Sequence record: OL770074.2
Source: Escherichia phage vB_EcoM-RPN187
Length of the DNA: 64,000 nt
Direction: 5' to 3' (one strand)
The notes under the pieces are model-generated. The model did not search any database. It was not told the DNA's origin and saw only the letters and a program-made list of their open reading frames with translations. Position numbers and translations under genes: made by a program. This document shows, in pieces, positions 43,949 to 55,031 of this stretch (the stretch's first letter is position 1; each line of letters begins with the position of its first letter).

Positions 43949-43977
43949 CGGTAATTCTAACACACAAGAAATAAAGC

Positions 43978-44631
43978 TTAATACTTACATGATTTGATTG
44001 TTTCTATGAACAATTTCTTAGCAGCATTTCCATCGATTTGAAGTATTTTTCGATATGCCTTTAATTTGGTAGAATAATTTTGCCAGACTAAGTTATCGGT
44101 GAGTTCGTCGTGCTTATCTATAATATTCAAAAATGAGTCCAACAATAAGAAAGTCTCAAATGAAATTATATTGCTTTGTAGCAATTTGAATATGTAGCTC
44201 GACTGAACGTTGTTATTATAATCAAATATCTCTTGAAGCGCACTAACTTCAACTTTCTTACTGAAATAGTAGATGTTACGCACGTCTTCAGCAAACGTCT
44301 CCTTGGCTTGTTTGAGACGTCCAATATATTCCCTATAGAAAACTAATGCATCAGCGTCTGATATCTCACCAATCCATGCGTCTTGGTTAGCAACTAAGTT
44401 GCTTATGAATATCAAGGTGAGTTCCTTCAATTTATATTTCTCTGATAGTTTTTCAAAGAAATATTTATCTCGGCGTTTTTGATACGCATTATCCGAAACA
44501 CGCATGCACCAGTTATATTTGATTACGTCATACCGACCATTAAAATGTTGTTTGCACATCAAGTATAGTTTATATACCGATTTTCCATTAATATAACGTT
44601 CTCCATCAGGAGGCATGCGTATTTTAATCAT
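43978..44631 (-). CDS. 59: gp59 helicase-loading protein
   Basis: 217-aa ORF near-identical to recalled T4 gp59 (MIK.RMP..GERYI.GKSVYKLYLM). Confidence 0.95.
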   Translation of the reverse strand: MIKIRMPPDGERYINGKSVYKLYLMCKQHFNGRYDVIKYNWCMRVSDNAYQKRRDKYFFEKLSEKYKLKELTLIFISNLVANQDAWIGEISDADALVFYREYIGRLKQAKETFAEDVRNIYYFSKKVEVSALQEIFDYNNNVQSSYIFKLLQSNIISFETFLLLDSFLNIIDKHDELTDNLVWQNYSTKLKAYRKILQIDGNAAKKLFIETIKSCKY

Positions 44632-44966
44632 AATAAGAAATCTAACGTATTAGTTTTTTCACCACGAGCAACTGATGGGCGAAGCATGTTTTCGTCAATT
44701 GCTTCGCTTGTAATTTTTTCAACAATTCCTGTAGGAATAAATTTAGCAAATTGTGTTTCTGGAATAGAATTTTCTTCCAAGAAAGCAGTTGTTGCTTCTA
44801 AATAAGACATACCAAATTGTTCAACCATGGATTCGATAATGAATCCGTTTTCTTGACGGTCAAGCAATTTAGCGATATCATCTTTATCGTGTTTTACTGC
44901 TAATTCTTGTTCAGATAAACCGGCCTCATCAACCGGCTTAATATCACTTAGTGAAAACTGTGTCAT
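44628..44966 (-). CDS. 33: gp33 late transcription co-activator
   Basis: 112-aa ORF (T4 gp33 112 aa); ATGA overlap with gene 59. Confidence 0.85.
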   Translation of the reverse strand: MTQFSLSDIKPVDEAGLSEQELAVKHDKDDIAKLLDRQENGFIIESMVEQFGMSYLEATTAFLEENSIPETQFAKFIPTGIVEKITSEAIDENMLRPSVARGEKTNTLDFLL

Positions 44967-45231
44967 AAAGCTCGACTACCTCTTCGTTTTCAGCTTCAAA
45001 TTGGTCACGAGCGTCTTTATGATAAAGAGCTAACAAACGATTAAACATTTTTACATCGACGCCAAGCTCTTCTTTAGCACGAGTACGAATGTCTTTAATC
45101 AGTTCATTATAACCAGAAATTTTAAGTTTGTTATCGGAAGCTTCCTTGACTAGTTTAGCCAGTTCTTCACCATGCACATCTTGATTAAATTCAACTGCTT
45201 CTTTCTTAGCCATGTTTACCTCAGAATTCAT
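44944..45231 (-). CDS. dsbA: DsbA double-stranded DNA-binding protein (late transcription)
   Basis: 95-aa ORF; alternative start MAKKEAVEF at 45213 would give the T4 size of 89 aa. Confidence 0.75.
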   Translation of the reverse strand: MNSEVNMAKKEAVEFNQDVHGEELAKLVKEASDNKLKISGYNELIKDIRTRAKEELGVDVKMFNRLLALYHKDARDQFEAENEEVVELYDTVFTK

Positions 45232-46138
45232 TAATTACACTTGTTAATTTAGAAAGACCAGATTTTACAAAGTATGAATAAATCTTGCCTTTAGGTTGTG
45301 GTTTATATGAGTTATAATACTCTATAATGGTTGAAGCAATATTATCAGGGATATAATCAAAATCAATGAGAACCAAATTTTCTTGATACCGTTTATATTC
45401 TTCTGCACTTAATAATACTTCAGCTTGAGAACGGTCATTGGCAATTGCTTCAATAATCGTTGTTTTCATGCTCGGAGTTCGTTCACCATCAACTCTGGTA
45501 AACCAGAAGTCGCCGCGAACTCGAACAGATGCAACGCCGTCTTTACGGTCACCTTTAAGAATTTTAGTCATGCAATCAATTTCAGCAGAACCGTTCTTAA
45601 TTTTAACCCATTTTTTCTGTGGTGGCGACCACTGTTTAACGTTAGGATATTTGTGTAATTGTGTAAAGTCACCATCTGATGCAACAATACATACCTTATG
45701 TCCAGTTAATGACAAATATTTAGTTAATACACCGATATGGTCATCCGCTTCATACTTGTCAATATCCATTACAACGTATGGCATGTATTTCTTAATCTCA
45801 TCAACAACTTGACGGAGCGCAGTAAAATATCCTTCCCAATCCCACTTTGAAGCTTCACGATCGGTTTTACGATTTTTCTTGTAATAGTAAGCAAAGTCAC
45901 GACGCCAATAACCTGAAGTAGCATTATCCATACACAATACAAATTTTGTATAGCCTTGCTTACGGAACATCACTACGTTTTTACGAATTGAATTCAAGAT
46001 TACATGGCGAACCATCGGAACAGTAATTTTATCACCGTCTTCAAAGTTGTTTAATGCAGCTGCTAATGCAATGTTACTAAAGTCGGCAAGTGCAATACCT
46101 TCTTTGTAATCTTCATCCAACATCATTTCTAAATCCAT
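45221..46138 (-). CDS. rnh: RNase H (5'-3' exonuclease / flap endonuclease)
   Basis: 305-aa ORF (T4 Rnh 305 aa); FEN-like acidic clusters. Confidence 0.9.
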   Translation of the reverse strand: MDLEMMLDEDYKEGIALADFSNIALAAALNNFEDGDKITVPMVRHVILNSIRKNVVMFRKQGYTKFVLCMDNATSGYWRRDFAYYYKKNRKTDREASKWDWEGYFTALRQVVDEIKKYMPYVVMDIDKYEADDHIGVLTKYLSLTGHKVCIVASDGDFTQLHKYPNVKQWSPPQKKWVKIKNGSAEIDCMTKILKGDRKDGVASVRVRGDFWFTRVDGERTPSMKTTIIEAIANDRSQAEVLLSAEEYKRYQENLVLIDFDYIPDNIASTIIEYYNSYKPQPKGKIYSYFVKSGLSKLTSVINEF

Positions 46139-46170
46139 ATGAACCTCTTGTTCAGTTAGTCAACTTGACT

Positions 46171-46200
46171 ATAGTAACATACTCATTTGAAAGCGTAAAC
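46171..46200 (-). promoter_or_regulatory. T4 early-type promoter for rnh
   Basis: minus GTTTAC-N18-TACTAT. Confidence 0.5.
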
Positions 46201-46203
46201 TGG

Positions 46204-46211
46204 TATAAATA
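46204..46211 (+). promoter_or_regulatory. late promoter TATAAATA for gene 34
   Basis: exact TATAAATA 30 nt upstream of gene 34 ATG, divergent from rnh promoter. Confidence 0.6.
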
Positions 46212-46241
46212 AGTATTATTGAAACAATAAAGGAAAAACGA

Positions 46242-49200
46242 ATGGCCGACATCAAACGTAAGTTCAGAGCCGAAGACGGTCTGGACGCCGGTGGCGACAA
46301 GATTGTTAACGTAGCATTAGCCGACCGTACAGTAGGTACTGATGGCGTAAACGTTGACTTCCTGGTACAAGAAAACACCGTTCAAGTATATGATTCTACG
46401 CGTGGATATAACAAAGGATTTGTTGTTCTTTATGACAACCGTTTATATCAAGCAATAAATGATATCGTGTCTCCTTCCGGGGCATTTAACCTTTTACAAT
46501 GGCGTGCAGTTCGTACCGATGCACAATGGATAACTGTCTCTTCTGGGACTTATCAACTTTCTTCAGGTGAATCGATTTCGGTTAACACTGGTGCCGGCAA
46601 TGATATGGTTTTCACATTGCCAAATACGCCGGTTGATGGTGATACTGTTGTTTTGGCTGATATTGGTGGAAGAACCGGGACAGTTAAAGTACAGATTAAC
46701 GCGTCTGTGCAGAGTATTTTAAACTTTAGAGGTGAACAAGTTCGTACAGTTTTAATGACGCGCCCACGTTCACAACTATTGTTTGTGTTTAGTAATCGTT
46801 TGTGGCAGATGTATATTACCGATTATGGTAAAGAATCAATCACTGTTACACCTGCGGCACCATACCAAGCACAAGCAAATGATTTTATCGTTCGTCGTTT
46901 TACTAGTGCAGCACCAATCAACATTACACTTCCACGTAATGCTAACAATGGTGATATAATCAGCCTAGTCGATTTAGATAGATTAAACCCGCTGTATCAT
47001 ACATTTGTTAAAACATTTGATGATACAACGTCTATTGGTGAAGTCGGGACTCATATTGCCGAAGGCAGAAATGACTCTGACGCGTTTTTTGTTTTTGATG
47101 CTGCAAATAGTTTATGGCGTATATGGGAAGGCGACCAGAAATCGCGTCTTCGTATTATCCGTGCGGATTCAAATATTCGTCCAAATGAAGAAGTTCTTAT
47201 TTTTGGCACAAATAACGCTACAGCCGGAACTATTAATCTTACGCTGCCTTCTGGAATTTTGAGTGGTGACACTGTTAAAATTTCAATGAACTACATGCGT
47301 AAAGGCCAAACAGTAAAAATTAAAGCTGCCGAAGGTGATACAATTGCTTCTTCTGTTGCGTTGCTTCAGTTCCCTAAACGTTCGGAGTATCCACCTGATG
47401 CACAATGGGTCTCTGTTACTGAACTAGAATTCAATGGCACTACTTCATATGTTCCTGTATTAGAATTAGCGTATATCGAAGACACCGTTGCTGGTACACG
47501 TTATTGGGTTGTTAAACAAAACGTCCCAACTGTAGAACGTGTCGATGCTGGAACTGATGCTACACGAGCTCGTTTAGGTGTTATTGCTCTTGCTACTCAA
47601 GCGCAAGCAAATGTTGATTTAGAGAATACTCCAGCTAAAGAAGTGGCTATTACTCCTGAAACGTTGGCAAATCGTACAGCAACTGAAGCTCGACGTGGTA
47701 TCGCCAAAATTGCTACAACATCACAAGTTAACCAGAATTCCACAGCATCATTTGTGGACGATACTATTGTTACGCCTAAAAAACTAAATGAGCGTACAGC
47801 AACTGAAACTCGTCGCGGTCTTGCTGAAATTGCTACTCAGACTGAAACCGATGCTGGTCTTGATGACACAACGATTATTACGCCTAAGAAATTACAGGCA
47901 CGTCAGGGTTCCGAAACACTATCGGGTATAGTTAAATATGTATCAACTACTTCTGCTACTCCTGCCGAAACTCGTGGGGCTGCAGGCACTAATGTTTATA
48001 ATAAAACCGTAAATAATTTAACTATTTCTCCTAAAGCCCTTGACCAATATAAAGCAACTTACGCCCAACAAGGTGCAGTAATTTTAGCTATTGATAGTGA
48101 AGTAATTGCTGGACAATCTCAGTCTGGATACTCTCATGCTGTAGTAACTCCTGAAACACTACATAAGAAAACTTCTACTGATGGACGTATTGGTTTAATT
48201 GAAATTGCTACGCAAGCAGAAACTAATGCTGGGACTGATTATACACGTGCAGTAACGCCTAAGACGTTAAATGATAGGAGAGCGACGGAAGGATTATCCG
48301 GCATAGCCGAAATTGCTACGCAAGTTGAATTTGATACTGGAACTGATGATACTCGTATCTCGACTCCACTGAAAATTAAAACTCATTTTGATTCTTCTGA
48401 CCGTACCAGTGTTAATTCTGATTCCGGACTTATTGAAGAAGGAACCTTGTGGAACCATTATACTCTTGATATTTCTAAAGCAAATGAAACACAACGTGGT
48501 ACACTTCGCGTAGCGACCCAGGCAGAATCTAATGCAGGAACTTTAGATGATGTTCTTATTACTCCTAAAAAGCTTTTAGGGACTAAGTCCACTGAAACGT
48601 CTGAAGGTGTAATCAAGGTTGCAACCCAGTCTGAAACTGTGACTGGAACGTCAGCGAACACTGCTGTATCTCCTAAGAATTTAAAATGGATTGTGCAGAG
48701 TGAACCAACATGGGCTGCTACTACAGCAATTCGCGGATTCGTTAAAACTTCATCCGGTTCTATTACATTCGTTGGTAATGATACAGTCGGTTCTACACAA
48801 AACTTAGAGCTATACGAGAAAAATAGCTATGCAGTATCACCGTATGAATTAAACCGTGTATTGGCAAATTACTTGCCATTAAAAGCAAAAGCTGCTGACG
48901 CAAATTTATTAGATGGCCTAGATTCATCTCAGTTCATTCGTAGGGACATTGCACAGACGGTTAATGGTTCACTAACCTTAACCCAACAAACGAATCTGAG
49001 TGCCCCTCTTGTATCATCTAGTACGGCTACGTTTGGTGGTTCGGTATCTGCTAATAGTACATTAACTATTTCTAATACAGGTGCTTCAACTCGCTTAATA
49101 TTTGAAAAAGGTCCACAAACTGGAAACAACCCTGCTCAGGCGATGAATATCCGTGTATGGGGTAACCAATTCGCCGGCGGTTCTGATACATCTCGTGCTA

Positions 49201-50117
49201 CGATATTTGAAGTTGGTGATGAAACATCTAACCACTTTTATTCACAACGGGATAACCTTGGTAATATTACTTTCAGCATCAACGGTACAGTTCGGCCGAT
49301 TAATGTTAATGCATCCGGAACATTGAATGCTAATGGTGCGGCAACATTTGGACGTTCGGTGACAGCACAGGGTGAATTTATAACCTATAGTGCAAACGCA
49401 TTCAGAGCAATTAGTGGTAATTACGGATTCTTTATTCGTAATGATGCTGCTAATACCTATTTTATGCTTACTGCATCAAGTGATCAGACTGGCGGATTTA
49501 ATGGATTACGTCCTTTAGCTATTAATAATGCATCCGGCCAAGTAACGATTGGTGAAAGCTTAATCATTGCCAAAGGTGCTACTATAAATTCAGATGGTTT
49601 AACTGTTAACTCGAGAATTCGTTCTCAGGGCACTAAAACCGCTGATTTATACACCCGTGCACCGACATCTGATACTGTAGGATTCTGGTCAATTGACATT
49701 AATGATTCAGCTACTTATAACCAATTCCCGGGTTATTTTAAAATGGTTGAAAAAACTAATGAAGTGACTGGGCTTCCATACTTAGAACGTGGCGAAGAAG
49801 TTAAATCTCCTGGTACATTGACTCAGTTTGGTAATACACTTGATTCACTTTACCAAGATTGGATTACTTATCCAACAACTCCAGAAGCACGTACAACCCG
49901 TTGGACACGTACATGGCAGAAAACTAAAAATTCTTGGTCGAGTTTTGTTCAGGTATTTGATGGCGGAAACCCTCCTCAACCTTCTGATATTGGCGCTTTA
50001 CCTTCTGATAATGCAACAATCGGAAACTTGACAATAAGGGATTTCTTAAGGATTGGTAATGTTCGCATTATTCCAGACCCTGTGAATAAAACTGTTAAAT
50101 TTGAGTGGATTGAATAA
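46242..50117 (+). CDS. 34: long tail fiber proximal subunit gp34
   Basis: 1291-aa ORF (T4 gp34 1289 aa); internal repeats; synteny 34-35-36-37. Confidence 0.95.
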   Translation: MADIKRKFRAEDGLDAGGDKIVNVALADRTVGTDGVNVDFLVQENTVQVYDSTRGYNKGFVVLYDNRLYQAINDIVSPSGAFNLLQWRAVRTDAQWITVSSGTYQLSSGESISVNTGAGNDMVFTLPNTPVDGDTVVLADIGGRTGTVKVQINASVQSILNFRGEQVRTVLMTRPRSQLLFVFSNRLWQMYITDYGKESITVTPAAPYQAQANDFIVRRFTSAAPINITLPRNANNGDIISLVDLDRLNPLYHTFVKTFDDTTSIGEVGTHIAEGRNDSDAFFVFDAANSLWRIWEGDQKSRLRIIRADSNIRPNEEVLIFGTNNATAGTINLTLPSGILSGDTVKISMNYMRKGQTVKIKAAEGDTIASSVALLQFPKRSEYPPDAQWVSVTELEFNGTTSYVPVLELAYIEDTVAGTRYWVVKQNVPTVERVDAGTDATRARLGVIALATQAQANVDLENTPAKEVAITPETLANRTATEARRGIAKIATTSQVNQNSTASFVDDTIVTPKKLNERTATETRRGLAEIATQTETDAGLDDTTIITPKKLQARQGSETLSGIVKYVSTTSATPAETRGAAGTNVYNKTVNNLTISPKALDQYKATYAQQGAVILAIDSEVIAGQSQSGYSHAVVTPETLHKKTSTDGRIGLIEIATQAETNAGTDYTRAVTPKTLNDRRATEGLSGIAEIATQVEFDTGTDDTRISTPLKIKTHFDSSDRTSVNSDSGLIEEGTLWNHYTLDISKANETQRGTLRVATQAESNAGTLDDVLITPKKLLGTKSTETSEGVIKVATQSETVTGTSANTAVSPKNLKWIVQSEPTWAATTAIRGFVKTSSGSITFVGNDTVGSTQNLELYEKNSYAVSPYELNRVLANYLPLKAKAADANLLDGLDSSQFIRRDIAQTVNGSLTLTQQTNLSAPLVSSSTATFGGSVSANSTLTISNTGASTRLIFEKGPQTGNNPAQAMNIRVWGNQFAGGSDTSRATIFEVGDETSNHFYSQRDNLGNITFSINGTVRPINVNASGTLNANGAATFGRSVTAQGEFITYSANAFRAISGNYGFFIRNDAANTYFMLTASSDQTGGFNGLRPLAINNASGQVTIGESLIIAKGATINSDGLTVNSRIRSQGTKTADLYTRAPTSDTVGFWSIDINDSATYNQFPGYFKMVEKTNEVTGLPYLERGEEVKSPGTLTQFGNTLDSLYQDWITYPTTPEARTTRWTRTWQKTKNSWSSFVQVFDGGNPPQPSDIGALPSDNATIGNLTIRDFLRIGNVRIIPDPVNKTVKFEWIE
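47560..48690 (+). repeat. tandem coding repeats in gp34 (about 40-aa repeat units, at least 7 copies)
   Basis: recurring motif T-E/D-x-R/S-x-G-[IL]-[AI]-[EK]-[IV]-A-T-Q-x-E-x-x-A/TG-T-D-D/x-T-x-I-TPK-x-L. Confidence 0.6.
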
Positions 50118-50125
50118 GAGGTATT

Positions 50126-51253
50126 ATGGAAAAATTTATGGCTAAGTTCGGACAAGGATACGTCCAAACGCCATTTTTATCGGAAAGCAATTCAGTACGA
50201 TTTAAATTAAGCATAGCGGGCTCTTGCCCGCTATCAACATCTCCTGCTTATATTAAGTTCCAAGATAATCCACTTGGGTCCCAGGTTTTTTCCGTTGGAT
50301 TAAACGTTCGTGTAATAAATCCTACAACAGGTGCAGTAGTTGAATCTAAGTCATATAATTTCTCTACTGAAAACGACGCCACGTCAAGTGCATTTGTTAC
50401 TTACATGGACACATATGCTTCTAATTTTATATTTGCTCTTGTTACTAACGCTAAAACAAACTTTCCTCCTGAAGTTCTCGCATGGTTTACCAAAGTTGGG
50501 AGTTCTGTTATTCCATTAGCTCAACAAGTTTTAAATATAGTGGACATTTCTTATTCTGCATTTTATATTTCTGGTAAGAATGCTATAGCACTAGAACATA
50601 TTAAGTATAGTAATAAGAAAACTTCAACCGACTATAGTACACCACTTGATGTTGTGTACGACACGATTGATGATATTGGTGCTACCGGCTTTCCTAGTCG
50701 TACGTACGAATCGACAGACACATTTTTATCTGCTGTTGGAGGTACTAATAATGAAATTAAAAGGATGCCTACAACGTCCCTTATTACACCTCTCGCTGGG
50801 TATAAATTGAAGGCTGGAGATTTCCTTTATATGAAATTCCAACTAATGGCTGATGCTGATTTGTTAGCACAAGGGACGACACGACTTTCTATTCGTTTCT
50901 TTAAATCTCCTTCTACTTCACCTATTTCATTTAAGGATATAAACTTTGATGGGGGCGCAGGTGAATGGAAGATATATGAAGACTACATAGAAATTCCTGC
51001 CGGTGCCGACGGGTTCACGATTTATTGTTATCGTACAGCTCCAGTTGGGCAAGGTGGATTAAGAAATGTTATATTCACTGAAGTATCATGTAATGGAAGC
51101 GTTTCAAAACCTGCCGAGTTTGGTATAAATGGTATTCGTGTAAATTATGTTTCAGAATCTTTAAGTGCCCCAGACATATTGACATTACCTACTCAATCTT
51201 CAACTGATACTGGTAAGGTATTTGGACAAGAATTTAAAGAAGCATCAGAATAA
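50126..51253 (+). CDS. 35: long tail fiber hinge connector gp35
   Basis: 375-aa ORF (T4 gp35 372 aa). Confidence 0.9.
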   Translation: MEKFMAKFGQGYVQTPFLSESNSVRFKLSIAGSCPLSTSPAYIKFQDNPLGSQVFSVGLNVRVINPTTGAVVESKSYNFSTENDATSSAFVTYMDTYASNFIFALVTNAKTNFPPEVLAWFTKVGSSVIPLAQQVLNIVDISYSAFYISGKNAIALEHIKYSNKKTSTDYSTPLDVVYDTIDDIGATGFPSRTYESTDTFLSAVGGTNNEIKRMPTTSLITPLAGYKLKAGDFLYMKFQLMADADLLAQGTTRLSIRFFKSPSTSPISFKDINFDGGAGEWKIYEDYIEIPAGADGFTIYCYRTAPVGQGGLRNVIFTEVSCNGSVSKPAEFGINGIRVNYVSESLSAPDILTLPTQSSTDTGKVFGQEFKEASE

Positions 51254-51258
51254 ATTTA

Positions 51259-51276
51259 GGGAGACTTCGGTCTCCC
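51259..51276 (+). terminator. CUUCGG tetraloop terminator after gene 35
   Basis: GGGAGA-CTTCGG-TCTCCC (identical to the one after gene 23) followed by ATTTTT. Confidence 0.8.
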
Positions 51277-51283
51277 ATTTTTG

Positions 51284-51291
51284 TATAAATA
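51284..51291 (+). promoter_or_regulatory. late promoter TATAAATA for gene 36
   Basis: exact TATAAATA 25 nt upstream of gene 36 ATG. Confidence 0.6.
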
Positions 51292-51315
51292 TGGTATACA
51301 TATAAGGAGACAACT

Positions 51316-51978
51316 ATGGCCGATTTAAAAGCTGGTAGTACAACTGGCGGTGCTGTTATATGGCACCAAGGTAATTTCCCTTTAATGCCAGCAGGTGATG
51401 ACGTCCTGTATAAAACGTTTAAACTCTATTCAGAATATAATAAACCGCAAGCGGCTGATAACGACTTCGTTTCTAAAGCTAATGGTGGTACTTACGCTGC
51501 GACTGTTCGATTTAATGGAGGCGTACATGTTCCTACTGTAGGTAGTAGTCAACAGTGTGGTGTTTATCCAGGTAACGGTGATAATGCTACTTTTGCTGTA
51601 ACAAATATCGATATTGTTTCGTGGAATGGTATTGGTTTTAAGTCATCACAAGGTTCAGCAGACCGAACTGTTGTAATTAATGCACGTAACGGTGATATTA
51701 GTACAAAAGGCGTTGTGACAGCAGCTGGTCAAGTAAGAAGTGATGCGACTGCTCCTATAGCAGCGAATGACCTTACTAGAAAAGATTATGTTGATGGACG
51801 AATAAATATTGTTACAGATAACGCAAATTCCCGTGTATTGCGTTCTGGCGATACTATGGCTGGTACTTTAACAGCACCAAACTTTTTCTCACAGAATCCG
51901 GCATCTGAGGCTAATCATGTTCCTCGTTTCGACCAGATTGTAATTAAAGATTCTGTTCAAGATTTCGGCTATTATTAA
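51316..51978 (+). CDS. 36: long tail fiber distal connector gp36
   Basis: 220-aa ORF (T4 gp36 221 aa). Confidence 0.9.
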   Translation: MADLKAGSTTGGAVIWHQGNFPLMPAGDDVLYKTFKLYSEYNKPQAADNDFVSKANGGTYAATVRFNGGVHVPTVGSSQQCGVYPGNGDNATFAVTNIDIVSWNGIGFKSSQGSADRTVVINARNGDISTKGVVTAAGQVRSDATAPIAANDLTRKDYVDGRINIVTDNANSRVLRSGDTMAGTLTAPNFFSQNPASEANHVPRFDQIVIKDSVQDFGYY

Positions 51979-51986
51979 GAGGACTT

Positions 51987-54900
51987 ATGGCTACATTAAA
52001 ACAGATACAATTTAAAAGAAGCAAAACCGCAGGTGCACGTCCTGCTGCTTCAGTATTAGCCGAAGGTGAATTGGCTATAAACTTAAAAGATAGAACAATT
52101 TTTACTAAAGATGATTTAGGAAATATCATTGATCTGGGTTTTGCTAAAGGCGGACAAGTTGATGGAAATGTAACTATAAATGGTCTTTTGAGATTAAACG
52201 GCGATTATGTACAAACAGGCGGAATGACCGTAAATGGACCTATTGGTTCTACTGATGGCATAACTGCAAAAGTTTTCAGATCTACACAAGGTTCATTTTA
52301 CGCAAGAGCAACAAACGATACATCAAATGCCCACCTTTGGTTTGAAAATACGAATGGATCGGAGAGAGGGGTTTTATACTCAAAACCGCAGTCTGAAAAT
52401 GAAGGCGTAATTACAATGCGTGTTCGCCAAGGAACCGCAGCAGGGGCTCAAAGTTCAGAATTTCATTTCATTTCTACTGATGGCGGTATCTTCCAGGCAC
52501 GCAAATTAACTGCTTTAACTTCTATTAGTACACCAACTATTAGTGTTAATTTAATTAATCATGATTCTAAAGCCTTTGGACAATATGATTCACAATCTTT
52601 GGTTAACTATGTTTATCCTGGAGATGGCGAAACCAACGGAGTAAACTATCTTCGTAAAGTTCGCGCTAAAGCTGCCGGAACCATGTGGCATGAAATCTGT
52701 ACAGCTCAGACTGGCCAAGCAGATGAAATGTCTTGGTGGACGGGTAATACTCCATCATCTAAACAATATGGTATTCGTAACGACGGCCGAATGGCTGGGC
52801 GTAATAGCCTTGCATTAGGTACATTCACTGCAGATTTCCCATCTAGTGATTATGGTAACGTCGGTGTAATGGGCGATAAGTATCTTGTTCTCGGTGACAC
52901 TGTAACTGGCTTGTCATACAAAAAAACTGGTGTATTTGATCTAGTTGGCGGTGGATATTCTGTTGCTTCTATTACTCCTGACAGTTTCCGTAGTACTCGT
53001 AAAGGTATATTTGGTCGTTCCGAGGACCAAGGCGCTACATGGATTATGCCTGGAACCAACGCAGCCTTTTTATCGGTTCAAACACAGGCCGATAATAACA
53101 ATGCTGGAGACGGACAAACCCATATCGGGTACAATGCTGGTGGTAAAATGAGTCATTATTTCCGCGGTAAAGGCAAAACTAATATTAATACTCAGGAAGG
53201 TGTAGACGTTAACCCGGGTATTTTAAAATTAACAACCGGTGCTAACAGTATTAGCTTTAACGCTGCAACAGGTAATATTGATTCTACATTAGCTTTTCGT
53301 CTTAATAAAGGTATAATTATTGATGGGCCTGATAATCAGGGGTTCCAATTCAATGCTCCGACGGCTGTAGATGGTACTAGAAGCATATACTGGAATAGTG
53401 GCACACGCTCAGGTCAAAACAAAAGCCCTGTTACGGTTAAGGCATGGGGAAGTGCGTACAGCACAGGCGATAAATCTCGTGAAACTGTATTTGAAGTTGG
53501 CGACGGACAAGGTTATTATTTTTATGCGCAGCGTGTAGCTCCAGCTTCAGGATCTACTGTTGGGCCAATTCAATTTAGAATTGCTGGAGCATTATTAACC
53601 GGTGGTGGTATTACATCATCCGGCTCGATTGTTACAGAATCCAGTTTAGTTGCTAATAACGGAATGACTGTAAACGGTCAAGCCAAATTTGGCGGAACAG
53701 CAGATGCATTAAGAATTTGGAACTCTCGTTATGGTGCCATTTTCCGCCGCTCAGAAACATCATTATATATTATCCCAACTAACGAAAATGAAGGGGAAAA
53801 CGGTGAAATAAACGACCTTCGTCCGTTTAGTATTGAGTTAGGCACCGGCGCAGTTTATATGAATCACGTTGTTGATATTGGCCGGGGCAAGTTTAAAGTA
53901 GAAGCATCCGGTACTACAGCAGGGCAACGTATTACAGTTAATACTGCCTCCGATGCTATTAGAATAAATGCTCCAACACAAGAATCTTCTAACTTCATCC
54001 AAGGACGTAAAGCAGATGTTCCGAAATGGTATTTAGGTATTGGCGATGGCGGCAACATCGTTCGTATGCACAGTTACACCTACTCCCATGGTATTGCATT
54101 AAACTCTGATACTGTTGATATAGCTAAACCTCTTAGAATAGGTTCAGCTCAATTAGGTACTGATGGTAATATTACTGGCGGTTCTGGTAATTTTGCTAAC
54201 TTGAATACCACAATAAATAACCTTAAGACGGATATTGTCTCGAGTTACCCAATTGGCGCTCCGATTCCTTGGCCTACTGATACACCTCCTGAAGGCTATG
54301 CCATAATGGAAGGTCAAACATTTGATGCTGGCTTGTATCCTAAGTTAGCTGCGGTGTATCCTTCCGGCACTCTGCCTGATATGCGTGGTCAAACTATCAA
54401 GGGTAAACCATCTGGGCGTGCTGTATTAAGTACAGAAGCAGACGGTGTTAAGTCACATAGCCATAGTGCAAGTGCATCAAGCACAGATTTAGGTACTAAG
54501 ACCACTTCTAGTTTTGATTACGGTAGCAAAACGACTTCAAGCTTTGATTATGGTACTAAGACAAGTAGTACCACTGGCAACCATAACCATACAGTGAGTG
54601 GTAATACTAGTTCCGCTGGTGCTCACCAACACGCGCGTTCAGGCCCTCAGATACAAGGCGTCGTACCCGCTAGCATATTCTATGATGGATACAATAGTGC
54701 CGGTCCAAACGGCAACGCTAAAATCACTGGAAGCGTGAGCGGTGCTACTGCATCGTCGAATATGGCCAAAACTTCTTCAGACGGTGCCCACGCCCATAGT
54801 TGGTCTGGTACTACTAGCGCCACAGGTAACCATGCGCATACGGTGGGTATTGGCGCTCATACCCATTCGGTAGGTATTGGTGCTCATACGCATACTGTTG

Positions 54901-55001
54901 CAATTGGTTCCCATGGACATACAATAACTGTAAATGCCACAGGAAATACAGAAAACACAGTTAAAAACGTTGCTTTTAACTATATCGTTCGTTTAGCATA
55001 A
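51987..55001 (+). CDS. 37: long tail fiber distal subunit gp37 (receptor-binding tip, T4 type)
   Basis: 1004-aa ORF; C-terminal His-x-His boxes; followed by T4-type gp38 chaperone. Confidence 0.95.
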   Translation: MATLKQIQFKRSKTAGARPAASVLAEGELAINLKDRTIFTKDDLGNIIDLGFAKGGQVDGNVTINGLLRLNGDYVQTGGMTVNGPIGSTDGITAKVFRSTQGSFYARATNDTSNAHLWFENTNGSERGVLYSKPQSENEGVITMRVRQGTAAGAQSSEFHFISTDGGIFQARKLTALTSISTPTISVNLINHDSKAFGQYDSQSLVNYVYPGDGETNGVNYLRKVRAKAAGTMWHEICTAQTGQADEMSWWTGNTPSSKQYGIRNDGRMAGRNSLALGTFTADFPSSDYGNVGVMGDKYLVLGDTVTGLSYKKTGVFDLVGGGYSVASITPDSFRSTRKGIFGRSEDQGATWIMPGTNAAFLSVQTQADNNNAGDGQTHIGYNAGGKMSHYFRGKGKTNINTQEGVDVNPGILKLTTGANSISFNAATGNIDSTLAFRLNKGIIIDGPDNQGFQFNAPTAVDGTRSIYWNSGTRSGQNKSPVTVKAWGSAYSTGDKSRETVFEVGDGQGYYFYAQRVAPASGSTVGPIQFRIAGALLTGGGITSSGSIVTESSLVANNGMTVNGQAKFGGTADALRIWNSRYGAIFRRSETSLYIIPTNENEGENGEINDLRPFSIELGTGAVYMNHVVDIGRGKFKVEASGTTAGQRITVNTASDAIRINAPTQESSNFIQGRKADVPKWYLGIGDGGNIVRMHSYTYSHGIALNSDTVDIAKPLRIGSAQLGTDGNITGGSGNFANLNTTINNLKTDIVSSYPIGAPIPWPTDTPPEGYAIMEGQTFDAGLYPKLAAVYPSGTLPDMRGQTIKGKPSGRAVLSTEADGVKSHSHSASASSTDLGTKTTSSFDYGSKTTSSFDYGTKTSSTTGNHNHTVSGNTSSAGAHQHARSGPQIQGVVPASIFYDGYNSAGPNGNAKITGSVSGATASSNMAKTSSDGAHAHSWSGTTSATGNHAHTVGIGAHTHSVGIGAHTHTVAIGSHGHTITVNATGNTENTVKNVAFNYIVRLA
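54453..54932 (+). repeat. His-box (G-x-H-x-H) repeat region of gp37 needle domain with short tandem DNA repeats
   Basis: HSHS, HNHT, HQHA, HAHS, HAHT, HTHS, HTHT, HGHT motifs; duplicated KTTSSFDYG and VGIGAHTH units. Confidence 0.7.
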
Positions 55002-55031
55002 GGAGAAGGGACTTCTGTCCCTTTTTATAAT
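55001..55031 (+). promoter_or_regulatory. split ribosome-binding site of gene 38: SD, stable hairpin, then AUG
   Basis: SD AGGAG (55001-55005), hairpin GGGAC-TTCT-GTCCC (55008-55021) plus T5, ATG at 55032; hairpin doubles as terminator after gene 37. Confidence 0.6.
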
